Assembly (NCBI GenBank): GCA_963765895.1
Contig: CAVXZB010000084.1
Coordinates: 320,001-384,000, forward strand
Source of the DNA: an uncultured Nitrososphaeraceae archaeon
Lineage (GTDB): Archaea > Thermoproteota > Nitrososphaeria > Nitrososphaerales > Nitrososphaeraceae
Direction: 5' to 3'
DNA length: 64,000 nucleotides
The translations under genes and the position numbers were made by a program. Under the pieces are notes generated by a model. That model saw only the letters and a list, made by a program, of their open reading frames with translations, did not search any database and was not told the DNA's origin. Positions 57,246 through 64,000 of the stretch are shown in pieces; position 1 is the stretch's first letter; the number at the start of each line of letters is the position of its first letter.

Positions 57246-57806
57246 TTATCCCTTTGTCATATTAGTCATATTACCGCCCGCTTCTGCACCTGGTGCAATT
57301 TCGTCAACGCCAATTACTAGTGTACTCATTGGCGGGAATTTCACATCTGTTGCTGTCGGATTTTGAAGCGCAATGTCAGTGATTATTCCGGCTTTCCCTC
57401 CAGGCTCCGAATTAACATCTACGTGGTAGATACACATTTTGCCTGGTGTTGACAGCTCCTTAATATACTCTAATTCTGCGGGCTTGACATTCGGGGCTTG
57501 TCCTATTAACACGTTATAGGGTGTCTTGGCATTGCTATCACATGGCAGGTTAGCAGCAACGTGGCCTGACATTATCATGTACGGTGTAGCATCATATACG
57601 TGAATAAACCCTTTTGAGGGTATTGTTTTGCCTTCGAGCAATATTGTTTGGGAATCTCTAACTACAGTTTTCTGAGGTGACTGTGCAGTGACGGCAAGTG
57701 GAGCTATTCCTATAAAAAGTGTCGAAGCCACTATAGCAACGAATATCATCGATGCTATTATTAATGGTGATATTTTTCTTGGGTTAACATTTGAGTTACG
57801 CATCAA
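57246..57806 (-). CDS. Secreted hypothetical protein (His/Cys/Met motifs)
   Basis: Signal peptide; FIHVYD, GHVAANLPCD, MCIYHVD; tail NMTNMTKG. Confidence 0.75.
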   Translation of the reverse strand: MMRNSNVNPRKISPLIIASMIFVAIVASTLFIGIAPLAVTAQSPQKTVVRDSQTILLEGKTIPSKGFIHVYDATPYMIMSGHVAANLPCDSNAKTPYNVLIGQAPNVKPAELEYIKELSTPGKMCIYHVDVNSEPGGKAGIITDIALQNPTATDVKFPPMSTLVIGVDEIAPGAEAGGNMTNMTKG

Positions 57807-58124
57807 ATTGTTAGAAAAAGCATTCCTATTAAATGTTCTAGTTCATTCTACGAATGAACCACAAGTTTAATATCGTTTAAAAATCGAAGTTCCCTTTTTA
57901 AGTATCCCTTGTGGTAATTACAAAGACTGGTAATCTAACCAAGCTTGATTTAGACAACATCACGTCATATCTGCGCATGATCATACTTCAGGATTTCTCT
58001 CTCATCTATCTCCTATCAGAATTACTCTGAATAGGCATCAAAAATCAATTTCTCGGTATCAAATAATATTGCTGATAGATCATCATTACATATTTATAAT
58101 CTAATATGTAGACTTTTTTAGTTT

Positions 58125-60162
58125 GTGAAATTCTCTATTAAAGGCTCATCAACTGTAGAAACAAAGAGATGGGCTTTAATTCTGAGTTATTTATCTTTAT
58201 TTGTCATTATAATGGTTGGTCTGAATGATCACTTTACTCAGTTCGGTACATCTTTTCTAGCATTTGTTGATAAACTGGACAATTCCTTTTTTGAAGAGGC
58301 TCATGCTCAAAAACCTATGAACTATTCAGGATACGAGGATATTGTTCTTAGTTATGATATCGACAGCAGTAATAAATCAAATGGCAATACAGTAAAAGAT
58401 ATCACATTGACAAACTTCATACAAAAAGGATCCAGTCAAGACTTGACTAGTAAATTTGTAGATTTAATGATAGCTTCAATTTCTTCTGTCTCGAGGATGT
58501 TTATAGCCTTGGGTTTATCTTTTGTGGCAGCTATAGTAGTAGGAATTACGGCAGCTAGAAAGTCCATAGCATCAAAGATAGTTATTCCTATAGTTGACGT
58601 ATTACAGTCTATTCCAATACTTGGATTTTTTCCTGCAGCAATTTCGCTTTTTATTGCTGTATTTAACGGCAGTTCTGTAGGTATTGAAATAGCCGCAATT
58701 TTTCTTATATTTACCAGCATGGTGTGGAATATGATCTTTTCAGTTTATGAATCAATACTTTCAATTCCGTCTGAACTATTGGAAACCTCAAATGCTTATA
58801 GGGCCAACTTATTCTTAAGATTCAGAAGACTTTACATTCCGGCTAGCATTCACAAATTAGTCTATAATGGTATCTTATCATGGGCTAGTGGATGGTATTT
58901 TCTTACCGCAGCGGAGATCATATCGTTAGGTTCAAAGACCTTCACACTACCTGGTCTGGGAAGTCAACTTGGAATTTCAGTTTCGCATGGAGAATACACC
59001 CAGGCAGCGGCGAGCACTCATTATGTTAATTTTAATTATCTTAGTAACGGACTTTTTCTTTTGGCGTCCCCTGGAATCATATGCTAACCGTTTTAGGTAT
59101 GACTACTCATTTTCCCTTGAAGATATCCCTAAATATACGCGCGTGCACTTTGGCTTGCGCACTTATAGGGGTAAAATTCCCAAACTATTATTTCGTAATC
59201 CTGCTCCAGCATCATCGATTCAGATATCGGACTTTTTTGTCAGAAACCCTAGGCCGCTAATTTCTGTAAAGTCAAATAAAGTGATAGAGGTCTTGTTGAA
59301 GATTGGAGGGCAAATCGAAGTAAGAATATTTCCGATAATTCATAAGTGGTTTGACAATAAGGATATTTTCAGAGTACTTCGAATAGTAGCATTGCCTGTC
59401 ATAATAACTCTTTTTGTATTGATTATTATCCAAGAACGTGAACAAATCCATCAATCGTTTCTCTCGTTCTCTAGAATGTATTTGTCACTTCAGAGTGACC
59501 CTAGAAATGCAAAAATTGTCTCACAGATTCCAATCGCTTTGTTACTATCATATTTGAGATTAGGTGCAGCTTATCTTCTAACTTTGGCATGGACTATACC
59601 CGTAGCTATTAAAGTTGCTCGTGATCCAAGATTCGATCGCATTATGCCTATATTTCAAACTCTAGCCGCTATTCCTGCCCCAGCGTTCTTCCCCTTCCTG
59701 ATCCCAGTTGTAGACTATGTACCCGGTGGCTTTGAATTTTTGTCTATACTGTTGATATTAACTGGGATGCAGTGGTATATGTTTTTTAATCTCATTGGTG
59801 GTGTACAATCTATTTCTGGTGACGTTGAGGAAACTGCGCGAGCATTTAGAGCTACAAAGAGCCACTACTTAAAACGCGTTTTGTTCCCAGCAATATATCC
59901 ATCATTTATTACTGGTAGCATTACAAGTTGGGGAGGAGGTTGGAACTCGTTAGTCGTTGCAGAATTCTTAATATTTGGATACAAGACATATTCCTCAACT
60001 GGTATAGGATCTTTATTAGATAAAGCTGCATATTATACAGGAAATACCGTATTGATATTGATTATCATAGGTGCAATGATGACAGTGATAGTTACAATCA
60101 ATCGTCTCGTATGGAGACAAGTGTACAGAAGAGTAATTAACAAATATGGCATAGGCACATAA
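58125..60162 (+). CDS. NitT/TauT-family ABC transporter permease with two TM domains; frameshift near 59012
   Basis: DVLQSIPILGFFP, FTSMVWNMIFSVYES, WYFLTAAE; second domain QTLAAIPAPAFFP, GMQWYMFFNLIGG, GGGWNSLVVAE. Confidence 0.88.
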
Positions 60163-60308
60163 AAATGAGTAGAATAAAATCGAGTCATGACTACCAGTAC
60201 CTGTTTATGCCCCATTAAGAAAGATAATAACAGTCTTAATACAAGAGGTAAATAGGATGGATCATGTTCCTGTCTCACAGGGAAATACATTAGCTCCAAT
60301 AACTGACT

Positions 60309-61106
60309 TTGAATGTACCCCGAATAGATCAGTTGATGGTTCGGCACCGCTCGCTTGAACTTAGAAACGTTACTAAAGAGTACAGGGACAATAATCACAA
60401 TTGCAATAAAATCTTGAATAACATTAACTTGATCATAAATCATAATGAGTTTATTTCAATAGTAGGTCCATCAGGCTGCGGTAAATCTACATTATTAAGA
60501 ATCATGATTGGTTTAGAAAAATATACAGAGGGAGAAATCCTATTCAAAGGAAAACCTATGAAAATAGATGGTACTGTAAATCCGTATATGGCAATGGTGT
60601 TTCAATCTTTTGGACTCTTTCCCTGGCTAACTGTAGTTGAAAATGTAGAGTTTGGGTTGGAATCAATGCATATGCCTAAAATTCAGCGGCGAAAAAAGAG
60701 TCTTAGCATCATTCAAGATGTTGGTTTAGAAGGTTTTGAGGAAGCCTATCCAAGAGAGTTGTCTGGTGGAATGAAACAGAGGGTAGGCATCGCAAGGGCC
60801 CTTGTCATGGATCCGGAAATCCTTGTTATGGATGAGCCGTTTTCTGCCCTCGATCCTTTAACTGCTGAAGCATTGAGAGAAGAAATTCTAAAGGTTTGGA
60901 GCAACAAGCTTGCTACTCCAGAGGTTGTTATAATGGTTACCCACAATATTGAGGAAGCTGTTTATCTTTCAGATAGGGTAATAGTTCTTAGTCATAGACC
61001 GGGTTCAGTTTTGAATGAGGTTGATATACAAATACCTAGAAGTCGAGAGAAAAGGGACAAATCAATTTATGAGTATTCTGACCAAATTACAACAATGATT
61101 TCATAA
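60309..61106 (+). CDS. NitT/TauT-family ABC transporter ATP-binding protein
   Basis: GPSGCGKST, LSGGMKQRVGIARAL, MDEPFSALD, VTHNIEEA. Confidence 0.95.
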   Translation: MNVPRIDQLMVRHRSLELRNVTKEYRDNNHNCNKILNNINLIINHNEFISIVGPSGCGKSTLLRIMIGLEKYTEGEILFKGKPMKIDGTVNPYMAMVFQSFGLFPWLTVVENVEFGLESMHMPKIQRRKKSLSIIQDVGLEGFEEAYPRELSGGMKQRVGIARALVMDPEILVMDEPFSALDPLTAEALREEILKVWSNKLATPEVVIMVTHNIEEAVYLSDRVIVLSHRPGSVLNEVDIQIPRSREKRDKSIYEYSDQITTMIS

Positions 61107-61250
61107 TGGTTGATTACAGTACTTGGTGAATATCAATTACTTTTCTTTAAGGGATCGTATTCTACGATAAAATGTGCATATCGAATAACACAAGTTGAAG
61201 AACTAAAAGATTTAAATCGTGGGTTAGAGAAATTTTGAATATAGAATAAT

Positions 61251-61755
61251 TTGAAGATGCCCAGTGTCAATTATAGTGTTCTTCTTGGATTTATAGAATT
61301 ATTAGATGACGCCGGTGGCAAATCAGAAATAGCAAGAATTGCTTCTAAAGAAGATCTGAACCTGGATTCGCTTTTACCTATATTAGAATCTGGTGAAATC
61401 TTGGGTCTAATTAAAGTCCAAGAAGGAGTGGTGTCCATGACCCAAAAAGCTCATTTCTTTATTGCTCGCAAGTCCAAAAGTTAGGAAAAAAATGCTAAGG
61501 GATATAATAGTTAACATTGATATCTTTAGGAAGATAATTGATCTAATTAAACAAACAGAAGATGGATATATAACAAAAGATGAACTGTCAAGATATTTAT
61601 CAGAACATCAAATACTATTTACTACTGATACAACTGAAGACTATACAAGTGATTTTGATTCATTTATTGAGTGGGGAAGGCAGGCATTAATATTTAGCTA
61701 TGATGCAAATGATGAACGTATCAGTTTGAGGAAAGACGTCCAGCAGTTATATTGA
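61251..61755 (+). CDS. AAA-associated domain protein (stand-alone C-terminal domain of NitT/TauT ATPases); frameshift near 61465
   Basis: LLGFIELL...LDSLLPILESGEILGL...FIEWGRQALIFSYD. Confidence 0.78.
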
Positions 61756-62284
61756 CAGATGATATGTATCAATTTTTCTTGCTATTATGGAACCGGTATC
61801 TTATCAATCCATAATTTCCACATTATAACCAAAGTATGAATTTCTGAGACTTACTTACCAGTTCTGAATCAATGACATTAATGCGAATACCAAAAGGAAT
61901 GTTTTGATACAACTTACATAGCGCAACTGCTCAAAAACAAACTAGCGAGATGCCACAATTATAGAAGTTGATAAACCACAGGCAAAAGTAATTAAAGTAT
62001 CTGGCTAGGAAGCAGCAGATAAAGAAGTTGTACCTGATTTAGAACATGATATTGTCACTAGAATTAGAGTAGCCTTTGTCTACCTTTACCTTTACTCCCC
62101 GTCTCCAAAGCCTTCACATAATATAGTTAGAGATAGAATAAATCAAGTAGTAAACAAATATATCGTTGTTGGATGTGCTCATGGAGCGGTTGCGCACAAG
62201 ATAAGAATTGTCTGAACGATGGCGGCGATCGCCATCGATAACTATTTTTTATTCATCCGCTAGACTTCTCTTATCAATAGACGG

Positions 62285-62539
62285 CTAAGGAGTAGGAGGA
62301 CAGCCCGAGCCTATACAATTAGATCCACCATTTGCACCTACACCAGCTTTCGCAGCATCGCCACCAACGCCGCCATTAGCTCCGTTAAACCCGCTGGCAT
62401 CTGTACCACGATCTGAATTGGCGCTATGTCCGTTACTATTTTGCGTTATTGCCATTGCTGATTGTCCTAATGACGCTACTATAACAGCTACTGACATGAT
62501 TGCTGATAAAGCAATTACAGCTATTAATTTTGTTTTCAC
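62285..62539 (-). CDS. Secreted Gly-rich Cys-containing peptide (distal family member)
   Basis: Signal peptide ending SAMA; GFNGANGGVGGDAAKAGVGANGGSNCIGSGC. Confidence 0.75.
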   Translation of the reverse strand: MKTKLIAVIALSAIMSVAVIVASLGQSAMAITQNSNGHSANSDRGTDASGFNGANGGVGGDAAKAGVGANGGSNCIGSGCPPTP

Positions 62540-62619
62540 AATACTATATTGTTGGTCGATGGATATATAAAGATCTGTTAATTGTAGCTGATAAATAGCA
62601 TATTAGGGGGCTTTTTACA

Positions 62620-63176
62620 AGAATTACCATAATGCGGGCAAATCTACACGTGGACATGCTTCCAACAGGCAAAAGGGAGAAGGTCATATCGATGTCCTCT
62701 TTGCGAGTGCTGGCGTTAGCGAGCTTAACAAGCCGCTCGGCTCCATTACCGAGAAAGGTTCTGATGATACATTTAACGTTAATGTTTGTGGGGCCTTCTT
62801 TACAGTACAAAATGCAATGCCGCTCATGAAGGACGGCGGGTCAATCATTCTGAATAGTTCTGCGAGTCAAGGGATTTCTGGCTCTACCGTTTACAAGTGC
62901 TAGCAAAGCAGCAGCCATCCGTTCTTTCTCCCCGAACTTGGACTAGCGAGCTCAAAGGAGAGATTAGGGTCAATGTAATAGCCCCAGCACAACAGACACG
63001 GCGATATTTGATGGCGCTCCTCAAGAAATGAAGGACAGTTTGTTACCATAATTCCAATAGGTCCGACGAGTCAACTGCGTGAGATTGCCGCCGGTGCGCT
63101 ATTTCTGGCATCAGATGATTTCAGCTTCGTTACCGGTATTGAGCAATACGTCGACAGCGGCACAGCGCAAGTCTAG
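62620..63176 (+). pseudogene. Short-chain dehydrogenase/reductase pseudogene
   Basis: DDTFNVNV..FFTVQNAMPLMKDGGSIILNSS, Y..SASKAA, IRVNVI, FLASDDFSFVTGIE..VDSGTAQV*; several frameshifts. Confidence 0.8.
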
Positions 63177-63592
63177 TTGAAAGTACTAATCTAACATCAC
63201 GGATTTTATTTCATCTCCATTCCATTTTCATCCTGCACTAGTAGCTGAAATCAAATCTAGTCCCCTCAGTCTACCCGCCGGGCTTACTTGCTCTGTCCAA
63301 ATATCAGGTTTGATGCAACTAAGTGCAGGCGGCCATACTAATACGTACATAATTGGTTGTTCTAACTATCCTTGAACTAGACTACATTATGCGCATCTTA
63401 GTATGATATTAGTATAATATGAACACGACTTATATATAGAAATCAGACATCTTGCAACATCTGGTTGTTGTCCAGGAGTTCTATAGACATTGACCGGATC
63501 CCAAATAGAAGGTGTCGGAGGGATTGATTCTGTGTCTGGAACATTGGCATAGGGTTTAAAATTCTAAATTTTAAACTCGAAACGTTGCTCCC

Positions 63593-63880
63593 TCATTACA
63601 TATTTCTAATCTAATATGTAGACTTTTTTAGTTTGTGAAATTCTCTATTAAAGGCTCATCAACTGGAGAAACAAAGAGATGGGCTTTAATTCTGAGTTAT
63701 TTATCTTTATTTGTCATTATAATAGTTGGTCTGAATGATCACTTTACTCAGTTCGGTACAATTATTTTCTAGCATTTGTTAATAAACTGGACAATTCCTT
63801 TTTTGAAGAGGCTCATGCTCAAAAACCTATGAACTATGAACTATTCAGGATACGAGAATATTGTTCATAGTTATGGTATC
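63593..63880 (+). repeat. About 285-bp diverged duplicate of 58083-58361 (promoter and 5' end of the ABC permease)
   Basis: tcattacatattt(a/c)taatctaatatgtagac...ttgttc(t/a)tagttatg(a/g)tatc, with small indels including a duplicated tgaacta. Confidence 0.9.
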
Positions 63881-64000
63881 CATGTTAAGTAAATTGCAGA
63901 AAATTAACCTGCTCCGATGTATGTATTAAACCTCACAACATTAGCATTTATAATATAACCATCTCGAGTCGAGGTATTGATACAATAGTCTGATCCCAAG

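Overview
AT-rich (roughly 35-37% GC by eye) archaeal DNA. The gene content (HTH_45-type and TrmB/ArsR winged-helix regulators, FxLYD protein, cupredoxin, thaumarchaeal-type IS6/IS5/IS481 relics, TATA boxes about 25-30 nt before start codons) points to a soil ammonia-oxidising archaeon (Nitrososphaeraceae); this is an inference. The window is an accessory region with low coding density. The main feature is an expanding family of about 14 small, Sec-secreted, Gly/Asn/Ala-rich (GGxGGx / ANGGDANGG) proteins, often Cys-clamped. Six of them form two divergent tandem triplets (25.0-32.8 kb) sharing a leader, a TATA plus upstream-motif promoter and a GAAA-tetraloop 3' hairpin. These triplets sit directly beside two winged-helix regulators, a UbiA prenyltransferase and a sensor-less histidine kinase. 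Also present: Ser/Pro/Thr-rich secreted proteins and two related Ig/MG2-like proteins (16.5-22.5 kb); a 48-58 kb cluster of secreted Met/His-rich proteins sharing a GTwC-N6-CGAAy upstream motif (candidate copper regulon); an unannotated 45-aa Cys/His metal-binding microprotein; a multi-TM protein fused to a substrate-binding domain; a NitT/TauT-type ABC transporter; one intact IS5 (IS903-like) element with TIRs and a 9-bp TSD; and several decayed IS elements. Many otherwise intact genes carry single-base frameshifts, possibly assembly indels. No rRNA, tRNA or CRISPR array was recognised.
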